Origin: an uncultured Candidatus Rokubacteria bacterium
Lineage (GTDB): Bacteria; Methylomirabilota; Methylomirabilia; Rokubacteriales; CSP1-6
Direction of reading: 5' to 3'
NCBI GenBank assembly: GCA_963771355.1
Contig: CAVYTA010000005.1
Span: 576,001 to 640,000, forward strand
Length of the DNA: 64,000 nt
In this document: one piece after another, positions 37,592 through 46,581 of the stretch
Layout of the letters: each line of letters opens with the position of its first letter
Numbering within the stretch: the stretch's first letter is position 1
Translations under genes and position numbers: made by a program
Notes under the pieces: model-generated
What the model was told of the DNA's origin: nothing
Databases searched by the model: none
The model's input: the letters and a program-made list of their open reading frames with translations, nothing else

Positions 37592-39252
37592 TTCTTGATC
37601 TCCGCCCAGGCCCGCTGATAGTCCTCGAAGGTATCCACCTCGAGCCAGCCCTTGTAGACGTCCACGCAGTGGACCCGCTCGCCGCGCGCCACCAGCTCCT
37701 GGAGGAGGTCGGTGAAGGCCGCGTGCTCGGCGGAGTCCGCCTCGTGGAAGCGCCCGCCGCCGGCCGCCCGCGCCTCGTCCCAGGCGCGCCGGAGCGCCTG
37801 GGTCCCGCCCTCGGAGAAGAGCGCCATGCCGATGAACTCGCCGTTGGCGCGATCCGGCGCCACCCGGGCGCCCACGGTGACGAGGGTGTCGTCGCCCCCG
37901 CTGGTCAGCGCACGCAGGCCGGAGGCGGGCGCCTGCTCCGTCACCACGAGGTCCAGCGGCTTCGAGAGCGGCAGCAGGCGGTCGCGCTGGTCCACCCACG
38001 CGCGGTCCACCACCACCGCGCAGTCCGCCTCCGCGCGGAGGAGCCGCTCGAGGACGGAGCGCTCGAAGAGGATGTCCGAGTAGAGGAACAGCACGCGCCC
38101 GGACAGCACCGGCGCGGCGGCGAAGAGGGACACGCACTCCCCGCTCTCCTCGTAGCGGTCGTTGTCGAAATAGCGCAGGCCGGGCACGGTGACCTCTTCC
38201 TTCCGGTATCCGCGCACCACCGCGATGTCCTGCACCCCGCACGCGCGCAGGGTGTCCACCTGCCGCTCGAGGATGGTGCGCCCCTTGATGTCCAGCATGC
38301 ACTTGGGCCGGTTTTCCGTGAGCGGCAGCAGCGACTTGCCCGAGCCGGCGGCAATGATCACCGCGCGCACCTGGCTCTCCTGCGGCAGGTACTCCGCCTC
38401 GATGGCCTCGAACTCCGCCACCCCCACGTGCCGATAGATCTCCTCCAGCGGCACGATGTGCGGGTCCAGCGCGTCCAGCCGGCGCTCGCGCGCGAGGGTG
38501 CCCAGCGTGGTCTCCATGCCGCGCACCGCGCCCCGCAGCACCTGGTTGGCCCAGATCACCATCTTCACCCCCGCGCCCTCCAGCTCCTCGAAGGTCACGG
38601 AGGGATAGAGGGTGGGCACCACCACCACCGGCGTGGGGCGCTCCCAGAGGCGCATGAACTCCAGCACCTCCGCCGCCGTCTTCGACTTGGAGTGCATGAG
38701 GATCATGTCGGCCCCCGCGTCCGCATAGGCGTGGGCGCGCCGGAGCGCCTCCTTCATGCCCCAGCCCGCGATGAGGGCCTCCACCCGCGCGATCACCACG
38801 AAATCCGGGTCCCGGCGCGTCTTCACCGCGGCCCGGATCTTTCCCGCGAACTCCTCCACCGACAGGAGCTCGCGCCGCATGCCCGGATAGAGGCTGCACT
38901 TCTTGGGGAAGATATTGTCCTCCATGCAGATCCCCGCCACCCCGGCGCGCTCGTACTCCTCCACCGTGCGCACCACGTTGACGACGTTGCCGTAGCCGTT
39001 GTCGGCGTCGGCGATGACGGGAATGGACACCGCGTCGTTGATGTAGCGGGCGGTCTCGAGGTTCTCCGTCATGGTGAGCAGGTTCACGTCCGGCATGGCG
39101 CGCTGGGCCGCCGACACCGCGAAGCTCGACGACCACACCAGGGGGAACCCGGCGGCCTCGATGAGGCGGGCGGACAGCGCGTCGTGGGCGCCGACCATGG
39201 GGACGAGCCCCGGACGGCGGAGAAGCGAGCGCAACAGGGCGGCCTTGGTCAT
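37588..39252 (-). CDS. pepM: PEP mutase-like enzyme (ICL/PEPM superfamily) fused to a C-terminal nucleotidyltransferase
   Basis: GAHDALSARL, IADADNGYG, EDNIFPKKCS, IARVEALIAG, ILMHSK, VVVPT.Y, IWANQ; second domain AVIIAAG..PKCML..YSDILF..WLEVDTFEDY. Confidence 0.78.
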   Translation of the reverse strand: MTKAALLRSLLRRPGLVPMVGAHDALSARLIEAAGFPLVWSSSFAVSAAQRAMPDVNLLTMTENLETARYINDAVSIPVIADADNGYGNVVNVVRTVEEYERAGVAGICMEDNIFPKKCSLYPGMRRELLSVEEFAGKIRAAVKTRRDPDFVVIARVEALIAGWGMKEALRRAHAYADAGADMILMHSKSKTAAEVLEFMRLWERPTPVVVVPTLYPSVTFEELEGAGVKMVIWANQVLRGAVRGMETTLGTLARERRLDALDPHIVPLEEIYRHVGVAEFEAIEAEYLPQESQVRAVIIAAGSGKSLLPLTENRPKCMLDIKGRTILERQVDTLRACGVQDIAVVRGYRKEEVTVPGLRYFDNDRYEESGECVSLFAAAPVLSGRVLFLYSDILFERSVLERLLRAEADCAVVVDRAWVDQRDRLLPLSKPLDLVVTEQAPASGLRALTSGGDDTLVTVGARVAPDRANGEFIGMALFSEGGTQALRRAWDEARAAGGGRFHEADSAEHAAFTDLLQELVARGERVHCVDVYKGWLEVDTFEDYQRAWAEIKK

Positions 39253-39277
39253 GATGAGTTCCCTCGCGCGCGCCGGA

Positions 39278-39922
39278 CTAGGGAGTCCGGGGCGCCGGCT
39301 TTTTCTTGGGATCGTCGTCCAGCGACACCTCGGCCTGCTTGCTCTTCATGCGCCGGATGAGCTCGCCGTAGGAGGCGGTCTGGATGATCTTGTTGAACTG
39401 CGTGCGGTAGTTGGACACCAGGCTCACGCCTTCGATGCTGACGTCGTAGACGAGCCAGCGCTCGCCGCGCTTGACCAGCCGATAGTCGATGGGCACCTCG
39501 GTGCCGTTCTTGGTGACGAGCCGGGTGCTCACCACGCTGTTGTCGCTCTCGATCTTCTCGCCGGTGTAGAGGATCTTCTCCCCGCCGTACTGGTCGATCT
39601 TGGAGATGTAGGACCGTTCGAGGAGATCGGCGAAGAGCGAGACGAACTCCTCGTGCTCCGCGTCGGTGCGGCCCTGCCAGTGGCGGCCGAGGGAACGCCG
39701 CGCGATCTCGCCGAAGTCGAAGATCTCGTTGGCGATCTTGCGCACGGCGGCGCGCCGCTCCTGCACCCGGTTCTCGCCCTTGTACAGGGGGTTCTCGAGG
39801 GTCTTGACCACCCGCTCGATGGCGCCCTTGAGCTGGTCCGTGGGGATGCCGGCGCTGGCCACGGGCGCCAGCAGCACCACCAGCGCGGCCACCGCTACAC
39901 CGATCATGCGAGCACGAATCAT
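39278..39922 (-). CDS. mlaC: MlaC/Ttg2D (HpnM-like) periplasmic lipid shuttle
   Basis: Signal peptide; FDFGEIARRSLG..W, IDYRL, VYDVSIEGVSLVSNYRTQF. Confidence 0.88.
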   Translation of the reverse strand: MIRARMIGVAVAALVVLLAPVASAGIPTDQLKGAIERVVKTLENPLYKGENRVQERRAAVRKIANEIFDFGEIARRSLGRHWQGRTDAEHEEFVSLFADLLERSYISKIDQYGGEKILYTGEKIESDNSVVSTRLVTKNGTEVPIDYRLVKRGERWLVYDVSIEGVSLVSNYRTQFNKIIQTASYGELIRRMKSKQAEVSLDDDPKKKPAPRTP

Positions 39923-39959
39923 CGGGAACCCTCCACTGTCTGCCGTGACATGGTCGCCG

Positions 39960-40400
39960 CTATACCTTTCCGAAGACGTACTTCGAGAGCAGCTCCTCGA
40001 TGTCCACCGGCGGCTCCACTTCCGTGATCCGGCCGTTGGGCTTGATGATCTTCTCCGATCCGCCGGGGTTGATCCGGATGTACTTCTCGCCGATGAGCCC
40101 ACGCGTCTTGATGGACGCGATCGAGTCTTCCTGCAGCTTCACATCGGTCCTGATGCTCATGATCACGCGGGCCTGGTAGTCCGACAGGGTGATGCCGTCT
40201 ACGCGCCCGATCTCCACCCCCGCGATCTCCACGGTGGAGCCCGTCTTGAGCCCTCCCACGGTGGGGAAGTCCGCGGTGATGGTGTAGCCGCCGCCGCTGA
40301 AGAGCTCCACCCGCCCGAGCTTGATGGAGAGCCAGCCCAGCGCAAGGATGCCGACCAGCACGAATACCCCCACCGCCATGTCCAGCGTCGACCGTCTCAT
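39960..40400 (-). CDS. mlaD: MlaD (MCE domain) protein
   Basis: VGGLKTGSTVEIAGVEIGRV, KTRGLIGEKYI. Confidence 0.92.
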   Translation of the reverse strand: MRRSTLDMAVGVFVLVGILALGWLSIKLGRVELFSGGGYTITADFPTVGGLKTGSTVEIAGVEIGRVDGITLSDYQARVIMSIRTDVKLQEDSIASIKTRGLIGEKYIRINPGGSEKIIKPNGRITEVEPPVDIEELLSKYVFGKV

Positions 40401-40481
40401 TCGGCGCCCCCTGATTGGATCTTGCCGTGCCTGGCGCGCATCGTCTACCTCTTTTCCTGGCCCCCGTGCGCGGACGGGGTC

Positions 40482-41228
40482 TCAGCGAGCCGTCGGCGCG
40501 CTCTCGATCTCGCCGCGGATGAACTGCTGCACCACCGGATTCGCGGAGGCCTGGATGCCCTCCGGGGTGGCACATTCCACGATCACCCCGTCGTGGAGCA
40601 TGGCCACGCGGTCCGCGATCCGGAAGATCTCCGGGATCTCGTGGCTCACCACCACCGCGGTGAACCGAAACTTCCGGTGCAGCTCCACGATCAGGTGATG
40701 GATGGTGTTGACCAGGATGGGGTCCAGGCCGGTGGTGGGCTCGTCGAAGAAGACCACCCCCGGCTCTGTCACCAGGGCCCGCGCGATGGCCACCCGCTTG
40801 CGCATGCCGCCCGAGATCTCCGCCGGGTTCTTGTGCCCCATGCCCTGGAGGCCCACCTGCACGAGCTTTTCCTCCACCCGCTGCCGGACCTCGGTCGCCG
40901 GGATGCGGACCTTTTCCCACAGGGGAAAGGCCACGTTCTCGAATACCGACATGGAGTCGAAGAGGGCGCCGCCCTGGAACACCACCCCGTAGCGCTCGCG
41001 GATGCGGTCGAGCGCGGAGCGTCGCAGCCGGGTGATCTCGGTGCCGTCCACGAAGATGCGACCCGAGTCGGGCCGCAGCAGGCCCACCAGGTGCTTGAGC
41101 AGCACCGACTTGCCGCCCCCGCTCCGGCCGATGATCACGATGATCTCACCGGAGGCGACCTCCAGGTCGATGCCGCGCAGCACGGGCTGGGCGCCGAACG
41201 ACCGCCGCAGGTCTTCCACCTTGATCAT
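40482..41228 (-). CDS. mlaF: MlaF ABC ATP-binding subunit
   Basis: GRSGGGKS, VFQGGALFDSM, ISGGMRKRVAIAR, FDEPTTGLDP. Confidence 0.92.
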   Translation of the reverse strand: MIKVEDLRRSFGAQPVLRGIDLEVASGEIIVIIGRSGGGKSVLLKHLVGLLRPDSGRIFVDGTEITRLRRSALDRIRERYGVVFQGGALFDSMSVFENVAFPLWEKVRIPATEVRQRVEEKLVQVGLQGMGHKNPAEISGGMRKRVAIARALVTEPGVVFFDEPTTGLDPILVNTIHHLIVELHRKFRFTAVVVSHEIPEIFRIADRVAMLHDGVIVECATPEGIQASANPVVQQFIRGEIESAPTAR

Positions 41229-42022
41229 GGCAGTACCGAGCCCAGGAAGTAGTCCCACACGAGGATGAGGACCGAGGACAGCACCACCGCCTGGGTGGTC
41301 GCGCGCGCCACCCCCTCCGCCCCGTGCCCGCAGTAGTAGCCCTTGTAGGTGCACACCCAGGTGACGATGATGCCGAAGGAGAGCGACTTCCAGAAGCCGG
41401 TCATGATATCGGTCCGGTCCACGAAGGTCTGCATCTCCCCGAAGTAGGTCCCGGGGGACAGGCCCAGCAGCTCCACTCCCACCAGGTACCCGCCCAAGAT
41501 GCCCACCACGTCGAAGATCGCCGTCATGAGCGGGAAGGTGATGATCCCGGCCACGATGGGCGGGACTATCAGATAGCGCACGGGGTTGAGCGCCATCACG
41601 GTGAGGGCGTCGATCTGCTCGGTGATCTTCATGATCCCGAGCTCGGCGGTGAGTGCCGATCCGGCCCGGCCGGTGACGATGAGGGCGCAGAGAACGGGTC
41701 CCAGCTCGCGGATGATCGACAGCGCGACCGCGGGGCCCAGGAAGGCCTCGGAGCCGAACCGCGAGAGCACGAAGAAGATCTGGAGCCCGAGCACCATGCC
41801 CGTGAAGGCGCCGGTCAGGATCACGATGGTGAGCGAGCGGAAGCCGATGAAGTGGATGCGCTCCACCAGGCGGGCGAGCTTGAAGGGAGGAACGAAGATA
41901 TAGGTGATCGCCTGGACCAGGAAGCGGCCGAAGCGACCCATGGACTGCAGCACCTGGAGGGTCCCGGCCCCGAGCCCTCCGATGAGGCGGACCGGCAGTG
42001 CGCCGGCGACCGGCCCCGTCAT
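41225..42022 (-). CDS. mlaE: MlaE ABC permease
   Basis: RELGPVL, GRAGSALTAELG.MKITEQIDAL, ATTQAVV; ATGA overlap with shc stop. Confidence 0.92.
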   Translation of the reverse strand: MTGPVAGALPVRLIGGLGAGTLQVLQSMGRFGRFLVQAITYIFVPPFKLARLVERIHFIGFRSLTIVILTGAFTGMVLGLQIFFVLSRFGSEAFLGPAVALSIIRELGPVLCALIVTGRAGSALTAELGIMKITEQIDALTVMALNPVRYLIVPPIVAGIITFPLMTAIFDVVGILGGYLVGVELLGLSPGTYFGEMQTFVDRTDIMTGFWKSLSFGIIVTWVCTYKGYYCGHGAEGVARATTQAVVLSSVLILVWDYFLGSVLP

Positions 42023-43992
42023 CCGCACGCGGTCCGATAGACCCCCAGCGCCCAGAGGGGGAAGTACTTGGCGTACAGGTGATACTTGAGATAGAAGACG
42101 CGGGGAAAACCGGTGCCGTTCCAGAGCGGGTCCGCCCACGCCCCCTCCTCGCGCTGCGTGTCGAGGAGATACTGGATGCCGCGCTCCACCACGGGGCCGG
42201 TGGTGCGGCCGGCGGCGAAGAGCCCCAGCAGCGCCCACGCGGTCTGGCTCGGGATGGACTCTCCACGCCCCGCCCACGCGGGATCCTCGTAGGAGGCCAA
42301 CGTCTCGCCCCAGCCGCCGTCGGCGTTTTGCCGCGCTTCCAGCCACGCCACCGCGCGGCTCACGTACTCCCTCGAGCAGTCCTCGCCCATGGCGCGCAGC
42401 CCGCGGAGTACCGACCAGGTACCGTAGATGTAGTTCGCGCCCCAGCGGCCGTACCACGGCCCGTCCGCGTGCTGATTGCGGCGGAGATAGCCCAGCGCGC
42501 GCAGGGCGGCGGGATGGTCGAGCGTCTCACCCAGCATGCCCAGGAGCTCGAGGCCCCGCCCGGTGAGGTCCTCGGTGGAGGGATCGAGCAGGGCGCCGTG
42601 ATCGGCGAAGGGGATATTGTTCAGGATGAGCCGGTTGTTGTCGGCGTCGAAGGACGCCCAGCCGCCGTCCGAGCCCTGCATGCCCAGGAACCAGGCCATG
42701 CCGCGCGTGAGCGCGCGCCGGCGGCGCTCGGCGTCGAGGCCCTCGGTGCGGCTCAGCGCCATCATCACCATCGCGGAGTCGTCGAGATCCGGATAGAAGT
42801 CGTTGTGGTACTGGAACGGCCAGCCGCCGGGCGGCACGCCGGGCCGCTTGGTCGTCCAGTCCCCGGGCACCGTGATCTGCTTGTCGATCATCCACTCGCC
42901 GGCGCGCACCAGGGAGTGATGGTCGGCGGGAAGGCCGGACTCGATGAGCGCGTTGACCGCCAGCGCGGTGTCCCACACCGGCGACACGCAGGGCTGATAG
43001 TGCAGCGAGGTCGTGGTCTCGACCCCCAGCGCCTCGACCTCCTTCAGCTGGCCGCGGATCAGGGGATGGTCCTCGTCATAGCCGAGGCAGCGCAGCGCCA
43101 GCACCGCGTTCACCATGGCGGGGAAGATCCCGCCCAGGCCGCCCGGCACGGCCAGGCGCTCCTCCACCCACCGGCGCGCGGCGTCGAGCGCGCGGGCGCG
43201 CAGCGGACGCGGGCCCAGCCGCTCCCACCCCTTCAGCGCGTCGTCCACGCCGATGAAGAAGTTCTTCCAGAGAAAGGTCTTCGGCGAGAAGGGGCGGGGG
43301 ACGCGGTGGAAGCGGAGGCTGGCCCGCTCGCGCGGCACCACCCACAGCTCGTCCAGGCGCGCGGAATCGGGCAGGCGCATGACGGGCTTGGCGTCCATCA
43401 GGATGATTAGCGGCACGATGACCGCCCGCGACCAGTAGGAGACCTCGAGGAGGTTGAAGTACGACCAGCGGGGCAGCAGCATGATCTCCACCGGCATGGC
43501 GGGGATGCCCGACCAGTCGTATTCCCCGAACTGCGCGAGGAGGATCTTGGTGAAGACATTGGCCTGCACCGGCCCGCCGAGCTGATGGATCAGCGCTCGC
43601 GCACGGACCATGGCGAGATCCTCCGGCGACACGCCCGCCAGCTTCATGGCGAAATACGCCTTGATGGTCGCGGAGAGGCTGGCCGGTCCGCCCTCGTAGA
43701 GACTCCAGCCCCCATCGGCGAGCTGCTGCGCGCGGAGGTACGTCACGATCTTGGCCTCGCGCTCGCGATCGACGCGATCCATGAGGCGGCCGAACAGAAG
43801 GTACTCGCTGGTGATGGTGCTGTCCGCCTCCAGCTCGCCCACCCAGTGTCCGTCCGGCTCCTGCGTGGAGAGGAGCAGCGCCTGGGCGCGCTCGATCGCG
43901 GCATCCACGCGCGACGACGCCGCGCGCGCCGGCGCCGCCCCCGCTGAGGGCGCGTGTTTCGCGCGGATCGACTCGGTTTTCGGGGCGAACAT
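42019..43992 (-). CDS. shc: Squalene-hopene cyclase
   Basis: YPDLDD catalytic motif, QW repeats (Q..DGGW), SPVWDT, GRWGANYIYGT, GTGFPRVFYLKYH.Y. Confidence 0.97.
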   Translation of the reverse strand: MFAPKTESIRAKHAPSAGAAPARAASSRVDAAIERAQALLLSTQEPDGHWVGELEADSTITSEYLLFGRLMDRVDREREAKIVTYLRAQQLADGGWSLYEGGPASLSATIKAYFAMKLAGVSPEDLAMVRARALIHQLGGPVQANVFTKILLAQFGEYDWSGIPAMPVEIMLLPRWSYFNLLEVSYWSRAVIVPLIILMDAKPVMRLPDSARLDELWVVPRERASLRFHRVPRPFSPKTFLWKNFFIGVDDALKGWERLGPRPLRARALDAARRWVEERLAVPGGLGGIFPAMVNAVLALRCLGYDEDHPLIRGQLKEVEALGVETTTSLHYQPCVSPVWDTALAVNALIESGLPADHHSLVRAGEWMIDKQITVPGDWTTKRPGVPPGGWPFQYHNDFYPDLDDSAMVMMALSRTEGLDAERRRRALTRGMAWFLGMQGSDGGWASFDADNNRLILNNIPFADHGALLDPSTEDLTGRGLELLGMLGETLDHPAALRALGYLRRNQHADGPWYGRWGANYIYGTWSVLRGLRAMGEDCSREYVSRAVAWLEARQNADGGWGETLASYEDPAWAGRGESIPSQTAWALLGLFAAGRTTGPVVERGIQYLLDTQREEGAWADPLWNGTGFPRVFYLKYHLYAKYFPLWALGVYRTACG

Positions 43993-43998
43993 CGGTCC

Positions 43999-44007
43999 AT
44001 ACTAGCA
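43999..44007 (-). promoter_or_regulatory. Extended -10 element for a probably leaderless shc transcript
   Basis: Minus strand TG-C-TAGTAT-GGACCG-ATG (6 nt to the start codon, no room for a normal RBS). Confidence 0.55.
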
Positions 44008-44225
44008 CACGGTTTTGGGTAATCCGTACGACGGCCAAACTTGAAAACATTCGCGCCCTTGGCCCCGATCGCGCCCGGATTCACACGGCCGCCGTCCGCC
44101 CCGCCGGACGACGCCCCGCGCCCGACCGACGGGGACCGAGGCGAGCCGTCGACGATGCGGTGGCGCGGGGGCGGGGGCGCTGGACGAACGCCCGCGCGGC
44201 GGCCCCCAAGTCGTCGCGTTCTTCG

Positions 44226-44259
44226 GGGCGCGCATCGTCATCGGGCGCGCATCGCCATC
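44226..44259. repeat. 17-bp tandem direct repeat in the shc/hpnH divergent region
   Basis: GGGCGCGCATCGTCATC / GGGCGCGCATCGCCATC. Confidence 0.6.
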
Positions 44260-44491
44260 GGCCGGCGTGCTGAGGGCATCCACGCGGCTTCCCCCTCCGG
44301 GCCGGGGGCTCGGCCATCGCGGGCTCGCTTTCGGTCCCGGGTTAACCATTTGAATCGGCAAGTTGACCCGCGCCGGCCCGGGAATCCTGCTCCACGCGCT
44401 GGTCTTTCTGGTAATCTGGACCGGGTCTGGCGGCCGTGCGGACGCGCTCGGCACAGAACCACCTTTACTTACTGAGGAGATATCGTCACCG

Positions 44492-45508
44492 ATGAGTGTG
44501 CCGGTCTCGCAGATGTGGACAGTGGCGACCTACGTGCTCCGCCAGCGGCTGGCGGGGCGCAAGCGCTATCCGCTCGTCCTCATGCTCGAGCCGCTGTTCC
44601 GGTGCAACCTCGCCTGCGCCGGGTGCGGGAAGATCCAGTACCCCGCCCAAGTGCTCCGCAAGCACCTTGCGGTGGAGAAGTGTCTTCAGGCGGTGGAGGA
44701 GTGCGGCGCCCCCATGGTCAGCATTCCCGGCGGCGAGCCGCTCATGTATCCGGAGATCGACCGGCTGGTGGCCGAGCTGGTGAAGCGGAAGAAGTACGTC
44801 TATCTCTGCACTAACGCCATCCTCCTCAAGGAAAAGCTCGACCTCTTCACCCCCTCCAAGTACCTGTCCTTCAGCGTGCACATGGACGGACTCCGAGAGG
44901 AGCACGACGAGGCGGTGTGCCGGGACGGGGTTTACGACCAGGCGGTGCCGGCCATCCAGGAGGCGCTCGCCCGCGGCTTCCGGGTCACCACCAACACCAC
45001 GCTCTTCGACGGGGCCTCACCGCTGCGGGTGCGCGCGTTCTTCGATGAGATGATGCACCTGGGCGTGGAGGGGATGATGGTGTCGCCGGGCTACAGCTAC
45101 TCGAAGGCGCCCGACCAGGAGCACTTCCTCCGGCGGAGCCGGACCAGCCAGCTCTTCCGCGCGATCCTCTCGAATCCCAAGAAGCACTGGCGCTTCAACC
45201 AGTCCCCGCTCTTCCTTCGCTTTCTCATGGGCAAGCAGGACTACGAGTGCACGCCCTGGGGGAACCCGACCTACAACATGTTCGGCTGGCAGCGGCCGTG
45301 CTATCTCCTGCAGGACGGCTACGCGGAAACCTTCGCCGAGCTGATGGAGACCACGCCCTGGGAGAACTACGGGCGCAAGAGCGGCAACGAGAAGTGCCAG
45401 GATTGCATGGTCCACTGCGGGTTCGAGGCCACCGCGGTACACCACACCTTCAACTCCGCGCGCGGCTTCGCGGAGACGGTGCTGGTCACCATCACCGGAA
45501 AGCTCTGA
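44492..45508 (+). CDS. hpnH: Adenosylhopane synthase, radical SAM
   Basis: RYPLVLMLEPLFRCNLACAGCGKI, SIPGGEPL, CTPWGNPT, CQDCMVHCGFE; GAGGAG RBS. Confidence 0.95.
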   Translation: MSVPVSQMWTVATYVLRQRLAGRKRYPLVLMLEPLFRCNLACAGCGKIQYPAQVLRKHLAVEKCLQAVEECGAPMVSIPGGEPLMYPEIDRLVAELVKRKKYVYLCTNAILLKEKLDLFTPSKYLSFSVHMDGLREEHDEAVCRDGVYDQAVPAIQEALARGFRVTTNTTLFDGASPLRVRAFFDEMMHLGVEGMMVSPGYSYSKAPDQEHFLRRSRTSQLFRAILSNPKKHWRFNQSPLFLRFLMGKQDYECTPWGNPTYNMFGWQRPCYLLQDGYAETFAELMETTPWENYGRKSGNEKCQDCMVHCGFEATAVHHTFNSARGFAETVLVTITGKL

Positions 45509-45515
45509 GCCGGGC

Positions 45516-45842
45516 GTGAGCCTGCAGGGCTGGGTGCCCGACATCGGACCGTACCTCACCCTCGAGGAGGTCATCGAGCACGCCTTCGACTATCGCGGCA
45601 ACGTGACGGTCGTGCGGCGGGACGGCTCCGAGCTGGTGGGCTACCTCTTCAACCGCGACTCGAGCGCGCCCGAGCCGTTCGTCCAGCTCATCGACGAGGA
45701 CGGCAACGGTCCCCTCCGGGTGCGCTACGCCGAGATCGCCAGCGTGCGGTTCACGGGCAAGGACACCGCCGAGGGCAATTCGTGGAAGGCCTGGATCGAG
45801 CGCAAGGAGCGCGAGAAAGCGCAGCCCGCGCCCGACGCGTAG
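45516..45842 (+). CDS. Small hypothetical protein in the hopanoid operon
   Basis: Tightly packed between hpnH and hpnG; AFDYRGNVT, GYLFNR, FTGKDTAEGNSW. Confidence 0.75.
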   Translation: MSLQGWVPDIGPYLTLEEVIEHAFDYRGNVTVVRRDGSELVGYLFNRDSSAPEPFVQLIDEDGNGPLRVRYAEIASVRFTGKDTAEGNSWKAWIERKEREKAQPAPDA

Positions 45843-45846
45843 GCGC

Positions 45847-46578
45847 GTGAGCGATCTCCTCATCCTGACGGCCGTCGAGCTCGAGGCCGCGGGGCTGGCC
45901 CGCGAGCTCGAGCTGCCCGCCGAGGCCGCGCGGGCGCACCGTGCCTCGGATCGCTCCTCTCCCTATCGCTCCTACGGCCGGCCCGGCCTCCGCATCGTCC
46001 CCGTCGGCCTGGGCGCGCTCCTCCTCTCCGAGCGCTGGGCCGCCTGCCGGGACGGATTCACGGCGCCCCTCGTGATCTCCGCCGGCGTGTGCGGGGGACT
46101 CGACCCGCGCCTGGCCCCCGGCGACCTCGTCGTGCCCGCGCGCGTCCTCGCTCCCGACGGCGAGACGCTGGCGGTGGCGCCGGCGGCGCATGCGCGGGCG
46201 CTCGCGGCGGCGGGGACGGCGGCCACCGGCACCCTCGTGACCACCCTGACCGTGGTGGGCTCGCCCGCCGCCAAGGCCGCGCTCCGGTCCGCCACCGGCG
46301 CGGAGGCGGTGGACATGGAGTCCGCCGCCATCCTCGCCGCCGCGCAGGCGGACGGGCTGGAGGCGGTGGTCGTACGCGCTGTATCCGACGGGGCCGCGGA
46401 GTCGGTGCCGGCCGAGCTCTCGGCGCTCCTGGGCCCGGAGGGGCGGCTGCGCGGCGGACGCGCGCTCCTTCTTGCGCTCACCCGCCCGCAGGCCTTGCCT
46501 CGCGCCCTCGAGCTCCGGCGCGGCAGCCGCCGCGCGCTCGCCGCGGTGGCGCGCGTCCTGGCGGCCCTGCGGGCCTAG
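45847..46578 (+). CDS. hpnG: Hopanoid-associated nucleoside phosphorylase/nucleosidase
   Basis: ISAGVCGGLDP.L..GDLV, AVDMES, RAVSD; context downstream of hpnH. Confidence 0.82.
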   Translation: MSDLLILTAVELEAAGLARELELPAEAARAHRASDRSSPYRSYGRPGLRIVPVGLGALLLSERWAACRDGFTAPLVISAGVCGGLDPRLAPGDLVVPARVLAPDGETLAVAPAAHARALAAAGTAATGTLVTTLTVVGSPAAKAALRSATGAEAVDMESAAILAAAQADGLEAVVVRAVSDGAAESVPAELSALLGPEGRLRGGRALLLALTRPQALPRALELRRGSRRALAAVARVLAALRA

Positions 46579-46581
46579 CCG

